Part shown: positions 1 through 9,638 of the stretch, piece after piece
Position numbering within the stretch: position 1 is the first letter of the stretch
How the letters are laid out: every line of letters starts with the position of its first letter
NCBI GenBank assembly: GCA_964555135.1
Contig: CAZKRR010000001.1
Location: 1,147-65,146 of the forward strand
DNA length: 64,000 nt
Reading direction: 5' to 3'
DNA from: an uncultured Nitrososphaeria archaeon
GTDB lineage: Archaea > Thermoproteota > Nitrososphaeria_A > Caldarchaeales > Wolframiiraptoraceae
Made by a program: the position numbers and the translations under genes
Notes under the pieces: model-generated
What the model saw: the letters and a program-made list of their open reading frames with translations, nothing else
The model's database searches: none
Told to the model about the DNA's origin: nothing

Positions 1-426
1 GTTAATTGTTAGTTTTATATCGGGTCTTGTATATCAATAACAGTATACGATTATATCCTGTCATAGTTTAAATGAATCCTTTATAAGCTGATGTATATGT
101 TGAAATGCTTCAGTCAATTTAGAGTAATTTAACTTACGTACTCCAGCGTCTCTTTGAATAATCCATCCCTCATCACGTAAATCACTCAATTCCCTTCTTT
201 TCTTCCAACAGTCTTATGTATTACTTAGTATCTTCTTTGACTTCAGATAATGCTTGTGTTATTTCATCTTCTCACTTGAAAGTATCAATTCTCTCTCTAT
301 CCACTTCTTTAAACTTTCCTCATTATTCATAATTACCTACTCTAACAAAACCGATTTCTCTTAGAGATAATTAAATTTTCCCTCAAAAGACTATCTGCAT
401 ACGAGGGGGATAGCTTCCTATCATGT

Positions 427-840
427 TTATTGGTTGGTTATTAGCTTTAGTTTAGCTATAATTGACAGATCGATCTTTCTTCTATTCTTAAAAATAACAT
501 ATTTTTCGTTAGCAATTTTCTTAGCTGCTTCATAGATGAATTGCTCTATTCCTATCTCATCATAGAGGATCCTGCATCCAGCTACCAATCCCGAAGCTAG
601 GCCTCCAGGCTCTAGATTCTCTTTAAAAGATTCTTCATCCAAGACTATTATGTCGAGCGGGGTCTCAGCTCGAAGATTTTTAAGGTTTTTGAGAATCTTA
701 ATTTCTAAATCAGTTTTCTCTTTTATGCCTAAAAATTTATCGATGATAACAAGTAAGTCTAAATCTCTTGCTTTCACAGGGTTATACACGCTACTTCCAA
801 ATACCACTATTGCTCTAAGCTTCTTTGAATAAGCTTCCAC
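427..840 (-). CDS. Minimal nucleotidyltransferase (MNT), antitoxin-like partner of HEPN
   Basis: FGS-x9-DLD motif (VFGSSVYNPVKARDLDLL); directly downstream of a HEPN gene. The frame is open to ~882, so the true start may be upstream. Confidence 0.85.
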   Translation of the reverse strand: MEAYSKKLRAIVVFGSSVYNPVKARDLDLLVIIDKFLGIKEKTDLEIKILKNLKNLRAETPLDIIVLDEESFKENLEPGGLASGLVAGCRILYDEIGIEQFIYEAAKKIANEKYVIFKNRRKIDLSIIAKLKLITNQ

Positions 841-853
841 GGCATTCTTAATC

Positions 854-1285
854 TTAGATAATGTTTCTTCTTCTAAGATAATTTCCCACCACCTCTACTG
901 TTTTCTCTGCTAGGCTTAAACCCTTCTCTGCAATTTCTTTTGTTACAATGTCTTCAGGTCCTATAACTTCTCCCCTTAATAGGAAGGGGTATCTAGATCT
1001 TGTATAATATTCAGTCAAATATTCTAAGGCTCCTAAAATGTTTTCAAATTCATTCTCCCACTCATTCTCAAACACCTCAACGAACATACTTATAAGCTCG
1101 GGACCATGATTGTAAACGACACGTCTCTTTGCTTCTAACATGGCCTTAACACTTTTCTCAACACTTTGCTGTGCGTAGAAGACGGCTTGAGGATAATCCT
1201 CATATCTTAAAGCTTTCCTTGCTCTCTCAAGATCTTTTAGAGACTCTCTATAGTATTTTTCAGCAAATTTATCAAAGATGGACAT
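854..1285 (-). CDS. HEPN domain protein
   Basis: AVFYAQQSVEKSVKA, H, and YYTRSRYP motifs of the archaeal HEPN family; likely start is ATG at 1285 (ORF track starts at 1351). Confidence 0.88.
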   Translation of the reverse strand: MSIFDKFAEKYYRESLKDLERARKALRYEDYPQAVFYAQQSVEKSVKAMLEAKRRVVYNHGPELISMFVEVFENEWENEFENILGALEYLTEYYTRSRYPFLLRGEVIGPEDIVTKEIAEKGLSLAEKTVEVVGNYLRRRNII

Positions 1286-1452
1286 AATCCTTGATTTTTC
1301 ATGTATCATGATAGTTAAAAGGGTTACCTTCTCGTGAAGTTCGCTGGACATCCTAATTTTTAATGATGCATTATTAAGGATTGTTAAGGCAATTTTAGAG
1401 TAGATGGTTTGAGAATGTGCAGAGAGTTAATTAAAGAGATTCTGGAGATAGG

Positions 1453-2151
1453 TTGGTGAGAATGGAGTATTTTGTCGGTACATCGGGATGGTTTTACTCA
1501 TGGAACCCTGATGGGAGTCTTGATTGGTTTGTTAGGTATTCTGGTCTGAATGCTGTTGAGTTAAATATGAGCTTTTACCGTTATCCATATCCAAGTATGG
1601 TGCGTTCATGGGCTTCAAAGGGTAAAACCCTTAAATGGGCTATCAAGGTTAATAGACTTATAACCCACGTATTCAAATTCAATGAGAAAGCTTACCAGCT
1701 ATGGAAGAAATTCTATTCTCTGTTTTCACCACTTGACACCTGCGTAGACTTCTACTTATTCCAGCTTCCACCATCTATGACACCTAGATCGATACAGACT
1801 ATAGAAGAGTTTATAAAAAGAACGGGTCTCAGTAAGAGATTTGCCCTTGAGGTTAGGAATATGAAATGGTTTAACAAAATCTATGTTGAATGGGCTTCAA
1901 AGCTTAACATAACCTGGGTTAGCATTGACTCTCCAGATTTCCCTACTGACATATTCAATACAAACGGTATAGTCTATGAGAGAATGCATGGTAGAACAGA
2001 ATGGTACTCACATTATTATACAGACCAAGAACTGAAGGATGTAGCAGAGAGGATTAAAGAGAGGAACCCGGAGAAAGTTTACATATTCTTCAACAATAAT
2101 CATGATATGTTGGAAAATGCGAGAAGGATGCTGCAGATACTTTCAGTCTGA
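1453..2151 (+). CDS. DUF72 family protein
   Basis: YFVGTSGW, VELNMSFY, LFQLPPS, ALEVRN, RMHG and IFFNN motifs. Confidence 0.9.
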   Translation: MVRMEYFVGTSGWFYSWNPDGSLDWFVRYSGLNAVELNMSFYRYPYPSMVRSWASKGKTLKWAIKVNRLITHVFKFNEKAYQLWKKFYSLFSPLDTCVDFYLFQLPPSMTPRSIQTIEEFIKRTGLSKRFALEVRNMKWFNKIYVEWASKLNITWVSIDSPDFPTDIFNTNGIVYERMHGRTEWYSHYYTDQELKDVAERIKERNPEKVYIFFNNNHDMLENARRMLQILSV

Positions 2152-2447
2152 AAACAGGCTTTTCTCGATATGGTCTCGAATGATGTAGAAATCATTCTTA
2201 ATATTGGTCACAATGTTACTTAGTTAACTACGATAAGAAGAAGTGCTGCACCTTTATTAGAGAGGCATATAGCTGTTTAAGATTCTGAGCTTTGAATTCA
2301 TGATTTAGTGTTCATAGATAAGCCTAATCTTAAAGCATGACTAGCTTTATTCGATTTAGAATATTCCTACTTTGCACAATGATAAACTTAATTAAACATT
2401 AGGAGTCTTCAATAGTAAGGTGTCTGCCTGTAAATGGAGGTGTATGC

Positions 2448-3629
2448 ATGGATTTCGAACTAACTGAAGAGCAGAAGGCAATTGCTGAATCAGCAAGAGA
2501 GATAGCACGTGATTTCCCACCAGAATATTGGAGGGAGAAAGAAGAGAAAGAAGAATTTGCAGAAGAATTCTTTAAAGCAATCTCAGAAGCAGGATTTTTT
2601 GGAATAGTTATCCCAGAAGAATATGGTGGATCAAGCTATGGGTTAATAGAGCTTCTAATAGCTATAGAAGAGCTTTCAGCAAATGGTTGCGGAATGGGTG
2701 GAGCATGGTATCTTATCTTGACGGAAGTACTTGGCGGATTAACGATAGCTAGACATGGAACTAAAGAGCAGAAGGAGAAGTACTTACCGAAGATCGCCAA
2801 GGGCCAGATTGAATTTTGCATGGCTTTAACAGAGCCAGATGCTGGAACAAATACTCTTACAATAAAAACGTTTGCTAGAAGGGAAGGTGATGAATGGATA
2901 ATAAACGGAAATAAGATATTCATAAGTGGTATTGACAGAGCAAGAGGAATGCTGCTCATTGCTAGAACTACTCCACTTGAAAAAGCGCCTAAGAAGACCT
3001 TTGGTTTAAGTCTATTCCTCGTAGACCTCCCAAACGAGTCTGTTAAGGCTACCCCTATCCCAAAACATGGAATAAATTATTCCAAGAGTTGTGAAGTAAG
3101 TATAACCGAATTACGTGTACCATCGGACTCCCTAATCCCTCCAGTAGATGAAGGATGGTATATACTATTAGATACACTTAATCCGGAGAGAATGAGCTTT
3201 ACATCTGCAGCTATAGGAATCTCAAAACTAGCCATAAAGAAAGCGGTAGAATACTCAAAGCATAGAAGGGTTTTCGCAGATCCGATTGGAAGCTATCAAG
3301 GATTACAATTCCCATTAGCTGAAGCATATGCTATGCTGGAATGCGCTAGATTGATGAATCTTAAAGCAGCCTGGCTTTTCGACCATAAAGCAGATTATAG
3401 ATCTGTAGGTGAGGCAGCAAATATCGCTAAGACTGTTGCTGTCGAAGCTGGGATAAAAGCAGTCTACTGGGCGATGCAGACTTTTGGTGGATATGGGTAT
3501 GCTAAAGAATATGATGTTGAAAGATGGTGGAGAGAGATAAACTTGATTAGGCTAGCTCCCGTAACCCAGCAAATGACTTTAAACTATATCGCGGAGCATG
3601 TTCTCGGAATGCCTAAGAGTTATAGATAA
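2448..3629 (+). CDS. Acyl-CoA dehydrogenase
   Basis: MDFELTEEQ start; ALTEPDAGT, INGNKIFIS and QTFGGYGY motifs; GGAGG RBS. Confidence 0.95.
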   Translation: MDFELTEEQKAIAESAREIARDFPPEYWREKEEKEEFAEEFFKAISEAGFFGIVIPEEYGGSSYGLIELLIAIEELSANGCGMGGAWYLILTEVLGGLTIARHGTKEQKEKYLPKIAKGQIEFCMALTEPDAGTNTLTIKTFARREGDEWIINGNKIFISGIDRARGMLLIARTTPLEKAPKKTFGLSLFLVDLPNESVKATPIPKHGINYSKSCEVSITELRVPSDSLIPPVDEGWYILLDTLNPERMSFTSAAIGISKLAIKKAVEYSKHRRVFADPIGSYQGLQFPLAEAYAMLECARLMNLKAAWLFDHKADYRSVGEAANIAKTVAVEAGIKAVYWAMQTFGGYGYAKEYDVERWWREINLIRLAPVTQQMTLNYIAEHVLGMPKSYR

Positions 3630-3716
3630 GGATTCCTATCAGTTGGAGTAGAAGTAAATATTCATGAACTAGAAAAATTAATTAAAGAAAACACATAACT
3701 ATTGTTGTGATTATAG

Positions 3717-4865
3717 TTGTCAGGTAGAGTTGCTATTGTCGATGTTGCACAAACTAAACATAGTGCGCCCTATATAAAAAATCTGACTGTCTCCGACCTT
3801 GTCTATATAGTTGTTAAAGAATTATTGGAGAAGACAGGAGCATCCATCGAAGACCTAGAAACAATAATTACTTCTTCATCTGATTACTGGCAGGGTTCAG
3901 GATGTTCCAATGTATTCTATTTTGATGCTGCTGGAGCATATTTAAAGGATTCACCTAAAGTTGAAGAAGATTCTGCATTAAGCTTCGTTTACGCATTTAT
4001 GAGGGTACTTTCAGGTCATTTTGATAAAGCCCTTATTGTAGCTGTAACAAAGTGTTCGGAAGCACCTAGTATAAGTGATATAACTAGGTTAAACTCGGAC
4101 CCATTCTACCAGAGACCCATTGGTATTGAAGAAGTTACAGCTGCAGGTCTCCAAGCGCAACAATATGTATCTAGATACAAGTTATCAGATGAGATAAGAG
4201 CTGAAATAGCTGTCAAGAATTATAGAAACGCTATCAATAATCCTTATGCACATAGGAGGATGAATCTAACAATAGATGAAGTACTTGGATCAGAGGTTCT
4301 AGCATACCCCCTTAGAAGGCTTGAAGTAGCTGATGGGTCTGATGGTGCTGTAGCAGTTCTTATTGCATCTGAAGAAGCTGCAAGAAAACTTACAGATACA
4401 CCCGTATGGATTAGAGGAGTAGGATGGAGTGTAGACCACTACTTCCTAGGAGATAGAGATTTACTAGAAGTTGTTTCATTAAGAGAAGCATCAGAGAGAG
4501 CCTACAAGATGAGCGGCATAAGATATCCTACGAAACAGATAGATTTAGCAGAAATATGTGAAACCTCAACTGTTCAAGAATTGTTATGGTATGAAGGTTT
4601 AGGGTTCTGTAGCAGAGGAGAAGGTTGGAAGCTAATAGCTAATGGTGTTACAGAGATGTGTGGAGAGTTACCAGTAAATCCTTCAGGTGGAGTATTAGCA
4701 ACGAATCCATATGTTGCTAGAGGCTTGATAAGAGTAGCTGAAGCCGCTCTCCAATTGAAGGGAGAAGCTGGTAGAAGACAAGTGCCTGATGTTGAGACTG
4801 CCATTGTACATAGTACTCATGGGGCTGCAGGTAGTCACCACACCGTCATCGTATTGGGTAGGTGA
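3717..4865 (+). CDS. Thiolase-fold (SCP2-type, Ltp4-like) protein lacking the catalytic Cys
   Basis: DGAVAV and PVNPSGG motifs; KVEEDSA occupies the nucleophile position with no Cys. Confidence 0.85.
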   Translation: MSGRVAIVDVAQTKHSAPYIKNLTVSDLVYIVVKELLEKTGASIEDLETIITSSSDYWQGSGCSNVFYFDAAGAYLKDSPKVEEDSALSFVYAFMRVLSGHFDKALIVAVTKCSEAPSISDITRLNSDPFYQRPIGIEEVTAAGLQAQQYVSRYKLSDEIRAEIAVKNYRNAINNPYAHRRMNLTIDEVLGSEVLAYPLRRLEVADGSDGAVAVLIASEEAARKLTDTPVWIRGVGWSVDHYFLGDRDLLEVVSLREASERAYKMSGIRYPTKQIDLAEICETSTVQELLWYEGLGFCSRGEGWKLIANGVTEMCGELPVNPSGGVLATNPYVARGLIRVAEAALQLKGEAGRRQVPDVETAIVHSTHGAAGSHHTVIVLGR

Positions 4866-4869
4866 AAAA

Positions 4870-6033
4870 ATGAGGAAGGTAGCAATCGTAGGGGTAGGTC
4901 AAACAAGATGTGGTAGGAGAGATGATGTAAGCTTCCCAGAACTAGTACATGAAGCTGTAAAAGAAGCTCTAGATGATGCTAGGTTAGATATAAAAGATAT
5001 AGAAGCATTCATAACTGGTTCTATGCCCGCGCCTATGTCAGGTGTGAATGCTCCTCACCTATACTGGGCTGACGCTGTTGGAGCATATCGAAAGCCTATC
5101 ATAAGAGTGGCGACATGTGGAACTACAGGAGGGTCCATTGCTCACACTGGATATTATCACGTAGCATCAGGGCTATTCGATATAGTTATGGTTGTAGGAG
5201 CAGAGAAGATGTATGAGGGAGATCCTCAGGGGGTCATGACTACGATATGGGATTATAGGTATGAGAGACCATTCCTAGCTGGTGCTCCCGGAGTATTTGC
5301 AATGCAGGCAATGGAGTATATTCACCGATATAATTTCAGCCTTGAGGAAGTTGCAGAAGCTGCTGCACTCCTATCAGTTAAACATCACTTAGCTGCATTA
5401 GATAACCCCTACGCACATATTAAACAAGAGATAACAGTAGAAGATGTATTGAGGTCACGCATAGTTGCATATCCTATAAGACTGCTAGATATATGTCCTA
5501 TATCAGATGGTGCTTGCGCAGTCATCCTGGCTTCTGAGGATAAAGCAAGAAAGATTACAGATACACCTGTATGGATTAAAGGTTTAGGTTACTGTGGTGA
5601 TGAACAATTATTAGCAGACAAAGACTTGGTTTGGTGGCTTTCAGCAGTTAAAGCAGCTCAGGAAGCTTACAAGATGGCTGGTATAGAGAATCCTGTCAAA
5701 CAGATAGATGTAGCCGAAGTATACAATCCATTCACATACCAGGAACTAACATTCTATGAATGCTTCGGCTTCTGCGGTAGGGGGGAAGCGGTAAAACTAG
5801 TAAAAGAAGGCTTCTTCAACAAGGATGGGCAGCTACCAACCGACCCCTCCGGCGGCGTTCTATGTACTAATCCAATAGGTGCTACAGGGCTACAACGTAT
5901 AGCAGAGGCAGCTCTCCAAGTAATGGGGAGGGCGGGCAAGAGGCAGATACCTGCTGTTGAGACTGCATTTGCACATGCAATGGGTGGGTCGTACTCCTTA
6001 AATAGCGTATTTATATTTAGTAGGAGTAAGTAG
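4870..6033 (+). CDS. Thiolase-fold (SCP2-type, Ltp3-like) protein
   Basis: RVATCGTTGGS, CPISDGACA, AEVYNPF, DPSGG..TNPIGATG; ATG at 4870 follows a GGTGA RBS. Confidence 0.85.
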   Translation: MRKVAIVGVGQTRCGRRDDVSFPELVHEAVKEALDDARLDIKDIEAFITGSMPAPMSGVNAPHLYWADAVGAYRKPIIRVATCGTTGGSIAHTGYYHVASGLFDIVMVVGAEKMYEGDPQGVMTTIWDYRYERPFLAGAPGVFAMQAMEYIHRYNFSLEEVAEAAALLSVKHHLAALDNPYAHIKQEITVEDVLRSRIVAYPIRLLDICPISDGACAVILASEDKARKITDTPVWIKGLGYCGDEQLLADKDLVWWLSAVKAAQEAYKMAGIENPVKQIDVAEVYNPFTYQELTFYECFGFCGRGEAVKLVKEGFFNKDGQLPTDPSGGVLCTNPIGATGLQRIAEAALQVMGRAGKRQIPAVETAFAHAMGGSYSLNSVFIFSRSK

Positions 6034-6047
6034 GGAGGGTTCTTTAG

Positions 6048-6521
6048 TTGGATGAAGAGGTAGAGCCTAGGATAATCGAAGGTGTATTAAGTCTACCCTA
6101 TAGATGGGCTACTGGACCAGTTGGAGCAAAATTCCTTGAAGGATTAAAGAATAAGAAAATATTAGGTACTCGCTGCCCAAAATGTAGAAGAGTGCTTGTA
6201 CCAGCTAGAAAGTTCTGTCCAAGATGCTTCGTAGATACTGATGAATGGGTTGAGGTTGGAGATAAGGGGATTCTGAGAACATTCACCATAATAAACTTCA
6301 GCTTTGTAGGCCAGGTTAGAAAGCCACCATACATAGTAGGGATAATAGAATTAGATGGAGCAGATGTAGGTTTTACACACTTCATAGGAGGTGTTGATCT
6401 TACTGATATTGAGAAAGCAGCTAGAGAACTTAGACCTGGCATGAGGGTTCAAGCAGTATGGCGTGAAGAGAGGAAAGGGGATATACTAGATATTGAATAT
6501 TTTAAACCGGTAAAAGAGTAA
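6048..6521 (+). CDS. DUF35 Zn-ribbon/OB-fold acyl-CoA-binding protein
   Basis: CPKC...CPRC followed by an OB fold (PYIVGIIELDG, PGMRVQAVW); adjacent to the thiolase pair. Confidence 0.92.
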   Translation: MDEEVEPRIIEGVLSLPYRWATGPVGAKFLEGLKNKKILGTRCPKCRRVLVPARKFCPRCFVDTDEWVEVGDKGILRTFTIINFSFVGQVRKPPYIVGIIELDGADVGFTHFIGGVDLTDIEKAARELRPGMRVQAVWREERKGDILDIEYFKPVKE

Positions 6522-6636
6522 GGGAAGATTAAGCTGACTCTCAATACCATCTTGAGAGGAACTTAGCACTAATTACCTAGAGTTTTGCAGGGTTAACCCA
6601 GAGGCCCCTACCATTAAGCTTACTTAATTACTTAAT

Positions 6637-7644
6637 GTGATAAATATTTATCCTGTTAGGTTGATTAAGAATGGCGGATTGGTGAAAGTAGATAAGGTAC
6701 ACCCTGACCTTTATAGGATTGAAACACCTCTACCCGGGAATCCCCTCAAATATGTTAATTCGTATGTAATAAAGAGTTCTAAACCCTTGATAGTAGATAC
6801 TAGCTTTAATCTAGGTGTATGTTACTTGGAATTCATTAGAGCTCTAAGAGAGATTGGGGTCGATTTTAGGAGAGCAGATTATTTTATTACCCATCTTCAT
6901 GCAGACCATCTTGGACTCGCAGGTAGATTGACTGAAGAAGTCTTCATGAGTAGTATAGATTCTGAGATTGCATCAAAGATAATAGATGACACTAGTATGT
7001 GGAGGAGGGTTATAGAATACTTCGTCATGAATGGTTTACCACGAGAAGATGCAGAGAAGATCATAAGCCTTCCTCCAGCTATAAGATATCTAAGTAAAGT
7101 TGACTTCCATAAAGTAGACGATAAGGAAATCTTAGAATATGGAGATTACTCTCTCCAAGCGGTCTTAACGCCTGGGCATACACCTGGACATATGTGTTTA
7201 TACGATGAAGATAAAAAGATACTTTTCTCAGGAGACCACGTATTATTCGATATAACACCCAATATCTCATACTGGGAGGGGCGTGAAGCTCTTGAAGAAT
7301 ATCTTAAAAGCTTAGACAAAATCTACCAACTCGATATAGAGGTTGCCTTACCGGGGCATAGAAGCTTTAAGGGAGATATCAGAAGAAGAATTCTTGAGAT
7401 TAGAGAACATCATACTAAGAGACTTGGAGAAGTAGTTAATTCTTTAAGGAATGGAATGAAGACAGCTTGGCAGATAGCGCCTTCCGTAATGTGGGAATTG
7501 AAGTATGATAAGTGGGATGACATACCAGTTGTTCAGAAATGGTTTATTATTGGTGAGACTATAGCCCACCTCCAATACCTAGAAAAGAAGAAAATCATTG
7601 CTAGAGAAATTATAGATGGTCTTATTTACTATAGTTTAACCTAG
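6637..7644 (+). CDS. MBL-fold metallo-hydrolase
   Basis: THLHADHLG, TPGHTPGH, SGDH and LPGH motifs; start may be GTG at 6682. Confidence 0.92.
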   Translation: MINIYPVRLIKNGGLVKVDKVHPDLYRIETPLPGNPLKYVNSYVIKSSKPLIVDTSFNLGVCYLEFIRALREIGVDFRRADYFITHLHADHLGLAGRLTEEVFMSSIDSEIASKIIDDTSMWRRVIEYFVMNGLPREDAEKIISLPPAIRYLSKVDFHKVDDKEILEYGDYSLQAVLTPGHTPGHMCLYDEDKKILFSGDHVLFDITPNISYWEGREALEEYLKSLDKIYQLDIEVALPGHRSFKGDIRRRILEIREHHTKRLGEVVNSLRNGMKTAWQIAPSVMWELKYDKWDDIPVVQKWFIIGETIAHLQYLEKKKIIAREIIDGLIYYSLT

Positions 7645-7692
7645 ACTCTCTACGTGCATCCTATCTTCTTCATGATATCACTACCACCTTCT

Positions 7693-8463
7693 TTACCTCC
7701 TTGGGATAATAATCCCAGTTGGATCGATTTCTCTCATAACCTTCAATTCTTCTATCGTAGGTGGGTCTAGAACTTCAACCCTCTCAGGAATGATTATTTT
7801 GAAAGAAGAATTTTCTTCGACATCTTTTAGAGTTGTATTAGGATATAATGCTAGCAGCATCATCTCTTTTGTTTCAGGGTGGAATCCGTAAACTCCTATC
7901 TGAGTAACTACCCTATATGGCCCCGTATTTATTGGGAGACCAGAGTTTTCTCTACTACCTGGTCCATTTAGGTATCCAGGAGTGGTTACATAGTCTACTC
8001 TATCTACGAATCTTAGCTTATCTTGCTTCATTATCGTAATAGTCTTCCATGATAATGAACCTACATCATTTGCGCCCCCACTCCCAGGCAGTCTGACGCT
8101 GGGTCTCCTCCAATCACCTATCACAGTTGTGTTTATGTTCCCGTATTTATCTATCTGTGCTGCTCCCAGAAATCCATAGTCTACGTATCCTCGTTGCGCA
8201 AGAGACATTATATAATCCATACTAGTAGCCATGATTGCTCTATCTATCGTGCATGAACTTCCTACTGATACCGTTAATCTGTCTAGTAGTGGGTCTATAC
8301 CTCCTGCCTCAAAGATTATGAGGAGGTTTGGGCAGTATAATCTTTTGGCTACTATTGAAGCAATTATAGGCATACCTGTCCCTACGAATACTATCTTCTT
8401 ATCTTCTAGTATTCTTGCAGCAGCAGCAACCATCATCTCTACTGGGCTATATATAATAGGCAT
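7693..8463 (-). CDS. Family I CoA-transferase subunit B (glutaconate CoA-transferase-like)
   Basis: FVGTGMP, IFEAGG (catalytic Glu), GAAQIDKYGNINTT, RLPGSGGAND; likely ATG at 8463. Confidence 0.9.
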   Translation of the reverse strand: MPIIYSPVEMMVAAAARILEDKKIVFVGTGMPIIASIVAKRLYCPNLLIIFEAGGIDPLLDRLTVSVGSSCTIDRAIMATSMDYIMSLAQRGYVDYGFLGAAQIDKYGNINTTVIGDWRRPSVRLPGSGGANDVGSLSWKTITIMKQDKLRFVDRVDYVTTPGYLNGPGSRENSGLPINTGPYRVVTQIGVYGFHPETKEMMLLALYPNTTLKDVEENSSFKIIIPERVEVLDPPTIEELKVMREIDPTGIIIPRR

Positions 8464-8467
8464 GCTC

Positions 8468-9490
8468 TCACTCCACCCATGGATAGATAGGCTCAGCCCT
8501 CTTCTTCTCAAGATCCATCAAGTATTTTAATTTCCTATATCCGCCTATCCTTTCTAAATACTCCCAGAAGTCTTCTACTCCATAGATGTATTTCTGTAGA
8601 TACTGGAGGGTGCCTTCCCTCGTCCTCGTTAGTGACAAGTACTCAGCAAAATGCTCTTCATCAAAAGCATAGATGTATGGCATGTTTCCAGGATGCGACC
8701 CGAAGGGTTGTTCTACGACCGCATCTACAAGGAAGAACGGTATAGTTGTTTGATATGGTTGTCTTCTTAGCTCTTCTGTATGAACTATTTCTTCAGTAGT
8801 TATTATTAATCTCTTAGCGGCTCTTGCCAACTCAAAATCCATAATCGTATGACCTAGTATCTGCGCATTTCCATACATGTCTGCTTTATGGACATGGATT
8901 ACGGCTACATCTGGATAGCATGCTGGAATAAGTATGATAGGTTTATTACTGAAGGGATCCCTGATAATCTTACTGCTACTCTTCTTAAACGTATCTGTTC
9001 CAGCAATTACTCTAGCCGGTATGAATGGTAAACCCATAGCTGCTGCTTTAAATCTCCATTCAAAAGCAGCGTTACTCCACTCAGAAACAACCTCAACTTC
9101 TCCTTTTTCAACAGCCCTCCTACCTGCAGGTGACAAGCCTCTCAATTCGTGTCCAAATGCATATGCTACTTCAACTTTACTAACACATCCAGCTGCGATA
9201 AGAACGTCGATATCATGAACCGCTGTCTTGGCCGCGTAGATTAAGTTTTTGACATTCTGTCTTATAATCTCATGTACTATAACCATAGAAACTCTGACGT
9301 GACCGAAACCTCCAAAAGCTACATAAGAACCATCCTTAATGAATTTCCGCACAGCCTCACTTGGAGACATCAATTTACTAGTATACTCTCTTTGCTTGTT
9401 TTTCCTTACCCATTCTCTTGCTTCATCAGGGTCCATCCAGCCTAGCAAAGGTGCTTCACCCTCACCAAGAATATAGGGATTACTACTCAG
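8468..9490 (-). CDS. Family I CoA-transferase subunit A
   Basis: KLMSPSEAV, AAAMGLPFIP, PDVAVIHVHKADMYGNA, PFGSHP; the frame is open to a CTG at 9490 preceded by GGTGA. Confidence 0.9.
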   Translation of the reverse strand: MSSNPYILGEGEAPLLGWMDPDEAREWVRKNKQREYTSKLMSPSEAVRKFIKDGSYVAFGGFGHVRVSMVIVHEIIRQNVKNLIYAAKTAVHDIDVLIAAGCVSKVEVAYAFGHELRGLSPAGRRAVEKGEVEVVSEWSNAAFEWRFKAAAMGLPFIPARVIAGTDTFKKSSSKIIRDPFSNKPIILIPACYPDVAVIHVHKADMYGNAQILGHTIMDFELARAAKRLIITTEEIVHTEELRRQPYQTTIPFFLVDAVVEQPFGSHPGNMPYIYAFDEEHFAEYLSLTRTREGTLQYLQKYIYGVEDFWEYLERIGGYRKLKYLMDLEKKRAEPIYPWVE

Positions 9491-9638
9491 AAAGGGTCAC
9501 CAGTTAATCATTTTACAGATGATATTTCAAGCTTATGTCTCCACAATACTTAAGTATCTAAACAAGTATGGGGAAAAAGATTATAGTCCCAGGTCGTGAA
9601 CCCTGCATCTTAGAGTCTTCCTAAGCGTCGACTTATCG

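Noticed and set aside
130..330. Fragmentary minus-strand reading (MNNEESLKKWIERELIL...)
   Set aside because: Multiple stops and no recognisable family
7693..9490. IpdAB-type steroid ring hydrolase
   Set aside because: The beta subunit keeps the catalytic Glu (IFEAGG) of true CoA-transferases
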